From NCBI GenBank assembly GCA_964106915.2, contig OZ066921.1: a stretch of 64,000 bases of DNA; one strand, 5' to 3'. Below are positions 14,035-28,700 of this stretch, one piece after another; the stretch's first letter is position 1, and every line of letters starts with the position of its first letter. The notes under the pieces were generated by a model, which was given only the letters and a program-made list of their open reading frames with translations, was not told the origin of the DNA and made no database searches. The position numbers and the translations under genes are program-made. Source of the stretch: Podarcis gaigeae. Taxonomy: Eukaryota.

Positions 14035-17000
14035 TGCTTTTTTCCTGGTTGCATGGTTTAACGGGGAAAGCTGTATAAATGCGTATCTCCATCAAACTTA
14101 GTGGGGTTTATTTCTGAAAAGACCTGCATAGGATTCTAATCTGCAGTAGCTATGATAAAATTGAAGCAAGGGCAGCCTTTACGCTGGATTAGCAGTCCAG
14201 AACACGTTGTCTTTGCCTCTGCTGATCATCAACTCCACCAACCACCAGCATGCGGCTTCCAACATATTATTTATGAGAAAATGCAGGACTTGATGGTTTT
14301 TTTAAAAAAAGGTTGCCCACCCCTGTGTTTAATAATGCTTTTAGAGCTCTGCATGTGGGGGAAAAGAACACCATAACCTGAAAACAGAGACTATCAAGAT
14401 CACACACTGCCAAATGCAACATGCTGAGTTTGCAGAAAGTGAACCACAGCTAGAGAAAAACACCCAGCTTTACTGGATATTCCCCCAAGGCCACCTGACC
14501 AGTTTGAATGGGATCTCAATGCCAAACCATCAAGCCAGGGAGGAATTCAAGGGGAGTCCCACACTTCTCCTCAGCTATGTCAAGCAGAAAGATACTAACA
14601 TTTACTTTTCCTTGGAAAGAATAAAAACTATGAACATTAACTTTAACATCTTTAGTGAATTGCTCAAAAGCTCCCTGGTGTAAAGACTTGAGTGTGGTCC
14701 ATCACAGCAGAGAAGTAACTAAGCAAATAGGTTGTCCACAATATTACCCATTCAGAGAATGCCCAAAGGCATGAGATGGCTTCTCCCTTGGCTAAGGGAT
14801 ATTCAGCGCAGAACAGCTTGCAGACATGGCCTTGTGCTTTGGAAAAGGAGCCTGTTCTGCCATTCTCACACTCAGATCTGCCTGACCTATCAGGCTTCTA
14901 GAGGACAACAGTGGAATGCACTAAGCTACGCTTGACACTACAGACAGAAACAGTCTTCAAAGCACATGTCAGCAAACCCGGAGCCCTCAGAGTTTTCCAT
15001 ACAGCCACATTCCATTTCACTCCCTTCCTCAAATTGCTGCCTCCCCAAATTCATGCTCCCGCAAGCCCATACAATGTCTTCTCCAGGTAAATCACACTCC
15101 CTCTGCCCCTTATTACCAACACAATTGCTTGGCAAGCTGGGAAAAGCATGATTGTGATGAAGATGATGGCACATGGAAGGAGGGTAAACTCTCCCTGTGT
15201 TTGTCTTTCCCATGGAGTGTGTCTATGTTTGTGTGAATGGCCCCAACCATCACTGGCTCCAGCCACACCTACTGGAATGGAGCACCTGCCACTACACTTG
15301 GCCCTCAACAATAAAAAGGATATCTACCTCTGCACCAAAGGGAGTCAGTCTGTTACAGCCTAAATAATGTATATGTTGGCTCAGGTGTAAATCAATTAGA
15401 TTCAAATGTAACTTTGAAAATATGAAGTTGGTGTTATATAATAGCTATAGCTTTTATAGTTTAGAGGTCTGTCCATCTGCAAATACTAACAAGTTACATT
15501 TAATAGACTGATGTCACTGAGAACCCTGGGGAGCCAGCTGGTGTGCAGATAATAGTGAACTAGCTGGATCAATGGTCTGGTATTATGGACACGTGTTTTT
15601 TTGCCAGTGAATTCTGGAGCATGTTCTTGGCACCATAAAGATGCTTTAGTGGTGGATTTATTCTGATTTATTAGTTATTCTGCAATGCCACATTATTGCT
15701 GTCTGGAGGAGCTATAGCACAACAAACCCAGTACAAAAACAAACCCCACCACCAACATTTTTGGTATGAAAAGTTCTGGGATTCAGCAGAAGTTCCAGGA
15801 CATGCACTGACTGGAAAGTAAGCATTTGAATACCCCAGAACTTTTGCAGGTGCCAAAAGTATTGAAGCGGAATCGTTTAAGACTGGCCTGATAGTGTAAG
15901 CGCTAAGCATGCCCTCAGTGGCTACTGTTGTTTTCTTCTAACCTAGAAGAAATGCATGCTAGGAACACATCAAAGAAAGCTGACTTGCTCTGTTGCTCTC
16001 CAGAGAGATGGGATTAATCATGCAAGTGTAGCATTCTGATTAGAATCTGGGTAAGGCCTAATAGTTCTGATGGCTGTGGTAAATCTGTGCTTGGGCTGTG
16101 CCACTTCAGACTGCAGATGGGGCTCACATGAATGATCCCCCATATGAAACGTTCAGAAAGGAATGCAGAAAGGAAAACTAACACGTCTGAAAGAAGAATT
16201 TTAACCGTGGCACACTCATTTTCTAGGTATAGGAATTTATTTTCACAGGGGAGCATGCCATCAAGTGAGCCGCCACCTGCAACAGCAGTCACAGCTGTCA
16301 TCGCTCTCCATGAGAACTAAGCCCATGTTGTATTATGGAACGGCAAGATAGAGAATACAACAGAACAGCTAGACCTTCTTTCTTCTGGGCAACTGTGAAT
16401 GGTCTGCTGACATAAGACAGGCAAGCCCCTTAACATGCTTCACTTAACTGTCTGACCTAGAACCAGCCTCATGCAAAGAAGCAAAGGTGGCAAGCTGAAA
16501 CATCAAGTGTCAAGGCTCAGGGGGAGGAGAGGGAAGCAAGGACAGAAAGAGAAGGTGTTGCACAAGGGAGACAGGGATGCAGAACTATGGAGTAATGGAT
16601 AACTAGCAGAATCCTAATGCCCAAAGACATTCTCCAAAAACATTATTTTACCATGTCCATTTTCTTTCAATAACGCCCTGAAAACCCCCATTACACAACT
16701 TTTCATTTCACAAATTATTTATCAGATATAAGCAATTGGAGGAATAAGGGAAAAATATCTCTTACCTCTATGCACAGCAGATTCTAAACACATTAGCAGG
16801 TAGGATAGTCGGGCCTCTCGGGAACGAGGAAGGTTCTCTACATTACAGTGGTACTTCTTTAAATCACTTTTGCAGGACTTTGCCAATGAGTAACTGACTT
16901 TGTAATCTTGTGCAATCAGCTTTTGCCTGGTTGTCAATGCATCACGACACTGAGGAAAACAATCAAATATCTTGTGCTACTGATCAAGGGAATATCAAGG

Positions 17001-20000
17001 GAGCATTCTTTTGTCACCCAGAGGTAATTTGGCTCACACTGGACAAAAGGATTAGAACAGAAAATCTGCTGGCCTTGAATTTTCAGAACAAGCCACTGCT
17101 AGAAATAGAATACATTGCTGCTAGTTTCAAATGCATCACTATTTCTAGAAAATCCAAGGCAACCTACAGCAGGAGGAAGGGAAATAATTGTGGGGAGCAA
17201 AAGTGCAGAGTTCTTAAAGCATTTCAACCACAAGCATAGCTTGTCATTTCAATTTGCTATTTATTGCTCATATACTGCTCAAAGCGTTGAGGAAGCAATG
17301 GGGCATTACACCTGGAATAATGATCAATAAAATGCTTTGTCTGCACTTTACTCAAAACGCCGTCTCTCAGGAATGTAACATCATATCTCAAAGAAAAACG
17401 CACATGCCTTTAGAGAAGGTAACAAAGCAGCTCTCCCTCCTCAGAGATGCTAATTCTTATTGATGCAATTTAACTGCTACCACACAAGGCAACTCTGTAA
17501 CTGAGAGATGGGAAGTTCATCAGCAGGTCACAGACAGAGTTACGGCTACCTTTAAAAACACAGCTCTGAGCCTATACACAGGATTCCATGAGCTCTTCCA
17601 CCCACCACACCTCAGATAGTACTCCAAATTGTGTATTAATTTGTTTCTTATCCATTGCATGCTGTAAATAAATGAGGCGACCAAGAAGCAGAAGCTTTGG
17701 GGTCAAGAAAGATAGTGGAATGGCCAGGTGAAAGAGGCACATACCTTTTCACTCATAGAGTCTTCAAACTTGTGGTTAAAGAGACACTTGTACACCCTGC
17801 CTTCCCCAGCCTGAGTCTGTGAAACAGAGCAACAATATTGGTCATGAATGTCATATGGAAACATATTAGGAGGATCCTAGTATCCATAATTAAAAAAAAA
17901 AAATTAACACATTCATAGCCTCCTTTTTCTTCAAGGACCTCAAACCAAAGGTACATGCAATTATCCCCATTTTACCCTAACAAAACCATGAAATAGGTTA
18001 GGCAAAATTATTTGTTTAAGGCCACTCAATGAGAGTGATAGCTAAGTGGCTATTAAAACCCAGGTTTTGTATCCCACCAAGTTTTATTCAGAGCAGACCA
18101 GCTGAAAGTAAAGGACCCATTAATTTCCATGGGTCTTCTCCACATATGCACATCTCTTCAGTCCAACTTCAGCATTCCATTCTCTACATCACACTGGCTA
18201 CATTTTACCATAGGCCAACATTTTGTGATTTACAAGTCCTCTGTCATTTATATATGTTGTGCATGCTCATGACTAACACTTCCATGCATATTTCTGAAAT
18301 GAGTTCAATATATTGCCTATATTATCTGTAGTGCACCTTTGAGAGATCTGTTCTTGTATTCCTTAATTTGTTACATGTAGGAGCATTTACTAAATGACAA
18401 GGCGAGAGGGGAAAGGGTGGGGAGATGGATGCTAGTCCAACGGGAAGGACGATGTCAAGCAACAACTTACGTTCTCACAGAAGCGTTCCCGGTCATCCCG
18501 GCAGGCAAAATATAAGTGCCGATCCAAGTGGAAATCATCCGAGGAGAGCTCAGCTACTCGGAGAATAGCCTTTTTGCACAAGTCTGAGACCTTTATTCGT
18601 GGCTCAATCTCTTCTGCCTCCTTTACCAATCCTTTCTCCAGGCAGGCCACTACCTCTCCTTGAGAATGGACATCCTGAAAGAAGAGAAAGAAGCTAAGCA
18701 GCAGCAAGACACACTTCCATCTAGCTCTTCTCTGCATGTTGCATTAGGAGCCTACAGAAGCATGTCTTACGTTGAAAGAACATGGTTCAGTTCAGTACAC
18801 CTGTGGTCCTGAATTTCTGTCCTCCACCCGCCCCAAGAAAGTCTGCAGCTGAAAACACCACTGTATCTCAATAAAATACCTGAGCCTGAAAGAGCATGCA
18901 GTTGACCTAAATTTGAAGGTACCCTCAATCTACCAAAGGCTAAAAGCACTTTCCCAGGGTGTGCCCCTTCCAGAGGACAGCCCAGATTCACTCACACAAG
19001 AAACATTCCTTCTGCCTAGCACTGGTATAATATCACAGGGAGACAGGATAGTAATTTAAAATGCTGACCATAGAACGTGGTCACACTTCAACTGGCTTCT
19101 TCGGAGCAACATTGATTCTAATGAGACAATATCCTCTTCCCTCCCACCTCCAATTTAATGGACATGGAATCACTTTGTAACAGAATTACCTTTTCTCCAA
19201 GACGAATGCTGCCACACTTCAGGATGTTAATATCACTTCTGCAGTCATCCATGAAGCCACAGATCAGGCGGTAATCACTGAAAATTATGGCTGTCATTTT
19301 GGTGATGTACTGGTGACACTGGTATTCAGTGATGTTTCCTCTGTGATCTACCAAGCAGGACACCAAGTAACCTTTCCCAACAGGCTCATCAGCACACTCT
19401 TTGATCTGTCCAGAAAGACCCATGATAAAAAGAAGCCTGTATTTCATTTGGCATTTGCAGATCATTTTATTTACTGCCTACTCAGGGTGTTTCCCAATAT
19501 AGAGAGATTTTTATAAAAACAATGACACCAATTTTCAGAAAAGGGGATGGAAAAGGAGAGCCAACTGTTTATTCCCTAAAGGTTCCTGGAGAATGGAAAA
19601 TGTGGGGTGTCAACCCTCACACCTCACCCTAAAAGCAAAAATGAACATAAATTTTGCAAGCTCCACACTAAAAGGACCATGAAAGCAAGCTGTAATCACT
19701 CAATAACTTAAGATGTCATTGTTAGACTCTACATGCAAAATACGGTGCTCAAGGGCAGTCAGGAGTCAGTCTCAAATGTAGCCAGGGCCTGTATCATTCA
19801 GTTACTTGAAAGCTGTTTTGAATTTAATCTTCTGGTAGCCACTGTAACCACATGGCTGTAGTAGCTTAATCCAATAATAAAAGTCGATCTTCCACATTCA
19901 GAAATAGCTGCAAGTGACATAGCAGCATTCCTGCAATCTCTCATGTATGAGGGGTAATTACACGTGGCTTTTTAAATCAGAGAATAAAGTGCAGTCTGCA

Positions 20001-22662
20001 GTTTTCTCCTTTGAAATATCAGCGTGATAAAGACAACTAGATATGAAATGGAGAAAAGCTGCTCAGGGCTGGTATTGGAAACCAATATTCTGAGCATGGT
20101 CTTAAATAGAGCAGGGACTAAGGTACTGTGTGCTTTTTCAGAGGATCAAGCTTTAAGTTAAGTTTACACAATCCATCAAATTTATTACATTTATGTCCTT
20201 TCTTTCCTCCAGGAAGCTTAAGACAGTTCTCTCTTTTCATCTTCACAGCAACTTTATGAGGTAGCTCAGAACTAGACCATGTGACTGGCCAAGGTAATTC
20301 AGTAAGCTTCTGGCTGAATGACAATCTGGGTTGGGATTTCTCCATCCTACTGTGACAATCTACCGACAGTTCCCACCCATCCCAAAATTTTGGAGAAAAT
20401 TCTTAAAAGCTCATTGCACATGTGAGTAGAAAAAACCACACACGACAAAAAGAACTTTGGGTAATTATTCATTTGTTGCTGGCTCAGCTCTTATGCTGCT
20501 GGAACTAGTTAAACAGGTTGAATATTCAAAACAAAAAAAAATCCTTCCAGTAGCACCTTAAAGACCAACTAAGTTAGTTCTTGGTATGAGCTTTCGTGTG
20601 CATGCACACTTCTTCAGATACACTCAATCTGAAGAAGTGTGCATGCACACGAAAGCTCATACCAAGAACTAACTTAGTTGGTCTTTAAGGTGCTACTGGA
20701 AGGATTTTTTTTTGTTTTGACTATGGCAGACCAACACGGCTACCTATCTGTAACTGGAACTATGGAAGGTTGAATATTGTATTTGAGTGGATAATGAGAT
20801 TACGTTTGAGTTTCTTTGGAGAAATAGGCAATATAGGATTTTTTTAAAAAAGCAAATAAATTTCAAGACCATCCCCACTGGTCATCTGTTTACAGAATGC
20901 AACTAGGTCTGAAAAAAGCTAGGTCACTATGCTTGGAATCTGAGCACTGATACATTGCTCCCTCTCCCTCTCTTTCTCTTTTTTAAATACTTTATGTACA
21001 CTTATGCGTCATACTAATAAACAATAAATAAAACAAACAAACATGTAATACCAAACCAGAAACATACAAAGCAAAAAAACCCCACATAAATACAGTCATG
21101 ATAACAAAAACTACAGACAAGAATATAGACACTATATTCTCCTAAGAAAAAGAAAATATTCACTTCAAGAAAGAAGCTAAAAAGAAATGGGGTTAGGAAA
21201 ATAGATGACTTCCAGCTAACTCCATGTGGTTCATTCTTCTCATATCACTGGTTATCTGTAATGATTAAATTTTGGAGAAACATTTTTATTACCTATGAGA
21301 TTTTTATTCTAAGCTAAGCCAAGTATAATTCTGGGAATCAGTTCTCTTCATATAATTTATAAAGACTTCCCACTCTCTCCTTATTCTCTTATTTGAATAC
21401 ATTCTTATTAGACCTGTAAGTTTAACCAGTTGGAGGTATTCTGAGAATTTCAAAATCCATTCTTCTTTTGTTGGTATTATAGTACTTTTCCAATGTTTAG
21501 CAATTACTATTATGGCTCAGTAACCGCATACAAAAATATTCCTTTATTATCTTTTGGGATGTCTGTTGTTATTAGGCTCAATAAAAACATTCCTGGTTTC
21601 TTTGGGAAAGTAAATCTTAGCATTTTCTTTAGTTCATCGTAAATACTGTGCCAATTTTTTTTTTATTTTAGGGCACGTCCACCACATATGGAGAAAGTTC
21701 CCTTCATTGTGATTGCACATCCAACACTTTCCACTGGTATTTTTTATATATTTTAGCCAATTTCAAGGGTGTGAGATACCATCTGTACATCATTTTTTAA
21801 AAAAACATTCCTTTATTGTGTAATATGCTATAAACTTTATGTTCTTTTCCATAAATTTTCCCATTTTTCTCATTCAACTGAATAACCAAAATCTTGGGCC
21901 CACTTAACCATAACCTCTTTAACTTCTTCGTCCTTTGTGCCAATTTAATAATAATTCATACATTTTGGACAGATTTTTTTCATCATTTGTGATCAATTCT
22001 TTATCTAATTCTGAGATTTAATATCATATCCATTGGTTTTTTTATATTTTTCAAAGATTGCATTCAGTTGGTGGTACTGTATCGCCAGAGTGGTGTATGC
22101 TCTAGTTATCTCCCGCTGCAATATCCTACTGCAATGCGCTCTATGTGGGGCTACCTTTGAAGGTGACCCGGAAACTACAACTAATCCAGAATGCAGCAGC
22201 TAGAATGGTGACTGGGAGCGGCCACCGAGATCATACAACACCAGTCCTGAAAGACCTACATTGCCTCCCAGTACGTTTCCGAGCACAATTAAAGTGTTCG
22301 TGCTAACCTTTCAAGTCCTAAACAGCTTCGGCCCAGTATACCTGAAGGAGCATCTCCACACCCATTGTTCTGCCCAGACACTGAGGTCCAGTGCAGAGGG
22401 CCTTCTAGCAGTTCCCTCACTGCGAGAAGCAAAGCTATAGGGAACCATGCAGAGGGCCTTCTCGGTAGTGGCCCCTGCCCTGTGGAATGCCCTCCCATCA
22501 CATGTCAAAGAGATAAACAACTACTTGACATTCAGAAGACATCTGAAGGCAGCCCTGTTTAGGGAAGTTTTAAATGTGTGACATTTTAATGTATTTTCAA
22601 TCTTTGTTGGAAGCTGCATAGAGTGGCTGGGGAAACCCAGCCAGATGGGAAGGATATAAATA

Positions 22663-22713
<51 letters not shown>

Positions 22714-25700
22714 TGCAACCAGCTTATTCCTGTGCCTTTGTTTCATACTTCATATAAAGCTTTCCTAATAATGTGATTTTAAAATGCCTTATGAATTTTA
22801 ATTTTATTGTAGCCCAAATAACCATGCCAACCTACTATGTTATCCCAGCCCTCGATGTCCAATAATTTGGTATTCTTTAATATCATTCAATCCTTGAGCC
22901 AAACCAGGCAAGCAGTTTCATAATAAATCCTAAGATCTGGCATTCTAAACCCTGTTCTATCTTTGACTTCTGTTAGTAATTTAAATTTAATTCTGGGGTT
23001 TTTTTTCCCTGCCATATGTATTTAGCCAAAAATCTGTGCCCTTCTTTAAAGCAGTTGAGGCCATTGAGGATCAGAATGGATCCTCATTTTTGGTAAGACG
23101 ACCATTTTGATTGAAGATATTCTTCCCCACAGCAAAAGCTTAATTTACTCCAGATCTCTAAATTTTTAAAAATTTCTTTCCATACCTTTATATAATTATC
23201 TTCTTTATAAATTAATATTTTTCATAGTGATCCAAATTCCTAAATATTTTGCTCTATTTGTTACTTTAAGTCCTGTCTCTGCTTCTAAATCTGCTTTCTT
23301 GTATATCTAGATTTTTCACCATGAGTTTTGTTTTCTCGTTATAGTGGTTCTTTGGTTTACAACCATAATCCATTCTGGAGGTCCGTTTGTAAACCCAAAC
23401 AGGTTGTAACCCAAGGCGTGCTTTCACCAATGGGGCCTCTAAAAAGTCTTGCCATCACTACCTTGAATCAGAAGAGAAGGAAAGCTATGAGTAGCCCTCA
23501 GAAAAATAGTGCTCGGAAAACTGCCTCAATGGAGCGATATTAAGAAAAGTGTTTTACTGGAAAATGCATCAGTGCGCTAATGACCTGAAGGAAAACACTT
23601 CCAGCAATTATACAAACAATTATGAAACTGTGAATGACTGAAGCTCTTCAAGTAAACATAGCATTACTTTTTTAACTTTAGAATTTATGAGCACAGTAAC
23701 AGTGTTACAACGCCACCTTAGAGACTACATTTTATAGAAAGAGTTTTCAGAGGATGGACGAACAATTCTAGACATTTTCCTGAATCCTGAAACTCCCAGG
23801 AGAGGATGCAGTTAGCATACCAGTTGGTACTTTGATCCACAGAAATCACCTGTTTGTCTTCCAGAATATATTTCTCTAGTGTACCTTTCTTGCTAGCAAG
23901 TACAGGATGGTCTAGATCTACAGTAAAAGTTGGTGGTCCACCCATTCCATCAATTAAAATAGCCTTAGAAAAGTACACAATGAAAGATCTCACGGCTTGC
24001 TGCTGTTCTGCTATGCACTATTTAAAACATATTCATAATTCCCTTTTGATATATTCATTTCAACAAGACTTCAATTCTTTCTTATTTAGAAATAAAATTA
24101 AGATTACTGCCCACCACCTAATCTTCCTCAGCCTTACCTCTGATATGGTAGACTTGCAAACCTCTCTAGCCACTGATTCAAATTTTGGATCTGTAGTGAG
24201 GTTCAACTTGTAGTTCCACAACAGCTGGGAGAGAAGAAACACAATACTGTTATTTTTCAACTGCAGGAATCTTTCATGAGCCAGACTTAAAACAAACTAA
24301 TGATATATTTATTGTGGTTTTGAGGCTGCTTTGTGCAGGTTAAATTTTAAATCTATGTGAACACAAGCCAACCAACTCATTTCCTGCACAGCAGTTTTCA
24401 TGTGATTTTCAGAAACACATTAATATACTGATGCTCTGACATATGGAGAATACAGAATTTAGGGAAGCATGTGGTGTGTAAATCTCATTTTTAAAAAAAA
24501 TCAAACGAGAGCTTACTTCTATGGCTCATAATCATGAAGAATCTCAAAACAAACAGAGCCATAATTAGTGGAGCTTGGGCTTCTGTGCTTATGACAGCAC
24601 CCATGGCCAATCAGTCCTCTCCATGCCATGCCATGCCATGAGAGCATTCCACTGCAGAGAAAGTTAAATAACCTATCTGTACCCCTCAGTTTGTTTGTGT
24701 GTGTGTGCGTATTTTGATTGTTATAGGCTAGAATGTTAGAATTCAACCAATAGTTGAAGAATTAACAGAAGGTGCCTGACACTGAATTTAGCAGTGTAAA
24801 AATACATGCTAAACTTGATTTTATCCTGCTCAAGGAATCATCTTTAAGAAACAAAGACAGTCGTGACCCATCAAGATTGGCAAAGCAAACGCTGTGCCAG
24901 TCACAAACAGGACGGGATCATTAGCAAGAAAAAAGACCAATAGTTTTGGTTTAGGATTACAGTTTGCCTGTTAGAAGTGAACAGGAAAAAGGTGTCTGTT
25001 TTACAAGCTTGGGGGAGGGGTGTTACCATAAAGCACCAATGCAGCAGCAAGCAAAGGCTCTAGCAGCTCAGTCAGTTGCTTGTGGCTGGAAAGCCAAACA
25101 GGATGTTTGTGACTGTTGCCATGGGAACAAAGGGGCAGTCCATTCTGTACTGAGCACCGGATGTTAGCTCAGTGTGTGTGTCATATGACCCGTACTGGAA
25201 GTACATGGGAGGAGTTTATTCTTACTGCTGTGGAGTGCAGACATGTTTTCTCTGTACTGATGTAAGAGACAGAAATAAAGAATGTAAATAGTTTTCTGTC
25301 TGCTTCTTTCCCCTCCCTGGGGATATCAAAGGGGAGAGAGAAGAATCGGTGTGTTCTTCTCACATCTGGGAAGAATCGCCGAGACCTCGCCTGCTTATCT
25401 GCCGGGAGAAGCAGCGGGGAGGTCGACAAGGAATATCTGCCGGTGCCTACGTTGTGGCACATTCCTCTGACCCAGGCAGAATTCCAACAAGGGGGAGCAA
25501 AAAAAATAAATGGATGACAGTCTGTTTTATGATGCAGAAAGGGTCAGACACAATCTTTGGGAGCTCTTTGAATTCAAGGCTGCAGTAATGGAAGGAACAG
25601 GACTGTCTTGGGATGTAAATGCTCTGAACTCCCTCCATCTAGGCTAAGATTGTATATATGTGTAAATAAACCATGTATCATAAAGCTGCCACCATCTCTG

Positions 25701-28700
25701 ATGTGCCTCATTGTCCAAAACAAAAAACAGACCCTGGTAAGCATGCCTGGTACCCCAGGGATATAGATATAGGTAGAGATATGTGTCGGTGAATAGCTGT
25801 TTCAGGTAGATGAGTGGAACAGGAAGGAAGAGACTTAAAATGCCCTGTCTACCCAATTCATTGAAAGAGTCATCCTATTAACACAATGCCTCCAGTCCAC
25901 TTTTTACTTGACTTTATTTATTTTTTAAGTTAACCATCCTTCATCTAAAGGGTGATGTATAACAATATTAAAATACAACAACAGGGAAATATAATCCACT
26001 CTCAAGTAAAAACTAAAAACGCAGCAGCTAAAATGCAAAAATGAGACCTAAGACAGACATAGTCACTTTAAAATGTCTGGGCAAAAAAGGAAATCTTAAC
26101 TTTGCACCAAAAAGATTGTAATATCAGCACCAGTTTAACAAGCTGGGGTGCCACTGAATAGTATCATTTTAATTAAGGCATTCTTCTGTGCAAACATAAG
26201 CCCAAACATCATACTATCCTACTTGACTCGATTTAGTACTTATGTTCCTATCAAGATGATCCCAAAAAATCTAAATTGTCTATATAGATCACAGAGAAAT
26301 AAACAAACAGGAGCCTTTACTACTTAAAAGGAGTCGGCCTAGGATCCCTGAAAGAAGCCAATTTGCCAGAAGCAAATGTTGCAAAGTAATAATAAATGCC
26401 ACTTACAGCTCCCTCCCTGTTTTCTTTAAAAAGGCTTTAAATATCTGGTTTTATTAGGATTTTAAACTGTATTTTCTCTTTGGCATATGGCTTTCTATAA
26501 TTGTCTAATTATAAGTTGTGAGGTGCTGCTCTTTTAAGGTTTTTTTTTAAAGATTGGTTTTAAATGTTATATTTATTCTAAGCCACCTTGAAAAAGTCAG
26601 AATATAAATCACTGAATCAATAAAGAAGCAAGTGCCAGCCCTACAGAAAAAAATCACTTACGTGGTTGCAGTCTGATGAGATTTCATTGTCCGGCTGGAA
26701 AAAGAAAGAAAGGGACATTAATTCTGAGCAGGTCATGTTGCACTGTATTCCTTCCACACGAACAGGCACAAACTATTGTTTCAGAATAATGTGCATTATT
26801 AAATAAATGATGAAATCAGACCACAAGAGATTGTCAACTCACAGATTAAAGGCAAATTTATCTAATCTAATCAATCTCTGCTGCCCAGGGAAATGGCCTC
26901 GACTGAAAGGCAGCAGTCATGGGATGTTTTGCTTTTTTGGAACAGTGGTCTTATATTGCTTTTGCAATAGCGTTATTTCATAAAGCAATGAAGTGTAGAC
27001 AAGCCAGAGATTTATAAGGCACACTAGAGGTTCCATCAAACTAAAGCAAGTAGAATTTAATTCATGAAATATTTCTCATGACCTCTTCAGATCATAGGCC
27101 ATCCAGAATTTTTTTTTTTCCTGTCCATTGGTCACAGTTCACAATTAGGAATTACAATTTTGAAGAAAAGTGCTAACAAAACTCTCATAGATTTTATTTT
27201 GTTCCCTTTGGAGCAAAAGTCCAGAAGTTATGAAGTCTCCGCCCAGACAGAGTGGAACGGAATAAAAAGAGGCTGTATTAATTGCCCTCCACCCAGGCCT
27301 GCCTGAAAACTACCACTCACAGCCATTAAAGTCTCTGCTCAGCCAGAACTTCCATCAGAACTCCTCTGGCTGCTACTTTTCCACTTAACTCCCTGCTTGC
27401 ACATCACAAAGTGCCATATTTACACCATTACCCCTTCAAATCCTTCTGCAAAACCAATCTTTTTTGTACAGTCATACCTCTTGTTACATTTGCTTCATGA
27501 TATGTTTTTTCAGGTTGCATCCCATGGAAACCCGGAAGTACTGGAAAAGGATAACTTCCAGGTTTCGCCACTCGCACATGCGCAGATGCGCAAAATGACA
27601 TCACGCATATGCACAGAAGCTGCGAATCGCAACCCGCGCATACGCGGATGCACAGAGGAGGGTTGCGTTCCTTTCAGGTTGCGAACAGGGCTCCAGAACA
27701 GATCCCATTCACAACCAGAGGTACCACTGTAATGGGTTTAGATTAACTATGCTCAAGTACATGTAAGCTCATCTGCTCACATTCACTAGCTTTTGGTGGG
27801 TAGGGACTTCTTTGTTTATAACACTATGAAGCATCATGTGCACAAATGACTCCATATATTTATGAAATACTGATAGTTGTACCCATCCCTAATCAAAAAG
27901 CCAGAAAAACCACTCAGTCCCTCCAGCCTCATAGCTCCCCGCGCCCCAAGCCACCTTGCTGCTAGCTCCAGTGGAACTCATTCTGGCTCCTAGCCGGAAA
28001 GCTGCCTGCTATTCCACAACAGCCTTGATTCCGCAAAACTGTAGATGCACAGGCGTCAGCTTCACAATGGGAGCAGCACAGGCTTCAGTGAGCCTCTCTC
28101 TGCATTTCCCCTCAACCTGAGCTGGGTTGCTTGTTCTCTGAGCTTCCTTGGCAAAGGTCCTTCAGGTTGAGTTCAACTACTGTGCCTTCACAACTGCTTG
28201 TTACTTCTTGCAAAGCAACCATGTGATATCAGTATTTGCCTCAGTGGGCGAGACCCAGCAGCAATATCTTGCAACACGGTGACCCTTGTGTAATTTTCAG
28301 CAAGAGACTCAGGTCACATCCTGCATTGTAAGAATTCTTATGTAGACCTCCAGGATATTTATGCACTGTGGCTGCAGAGGTGAATGGAAGCACACTCATG
28401 CCTCTGCTACCAGCCAGAGGACCGAGGGCCACTCAGAGGCTGTACCCCCAGTTCCCAGAAAGGATCTTGACAAGGGGAAGAGGAACCTGGCCCTAAATGT
28501 CAGCCAGAGAAAGAGCAGCTTCAACAGCTTCTTGTCCTGGGACTGGAGAAGTTAGCAAAGGCAGAGGACACTCTCATGGCCCCATCCAACAGCCAAAGGG
28601 TGGGGAGCCACCGGCTGCTTTCAAGCCAGGGAAGACCTGCCCCACCCAAGCTGGATAAAAGTGCCTGCTTTGTTATTAATTTGCTCTCCTTTCTCTACCT

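Noticed and set aside
16233-16320. Plus-strand acceptor-like site followed by GSMPSSEPPPATAVTAVIALHEN*, suggesting a nested antisense gene
   Set aside because: No upstream exons, promoter or recognisable homology could be found; such sites arise by chance.
20526-20720. Reading the palindromes as pre-miRNA genes or DNA-transposon MITEs
   Set aside because: Mismatch-free stems, an asymmetric tail outside the repeat, long variable TSDs and a hammerhead core fit a Penelope-like retroelement better.
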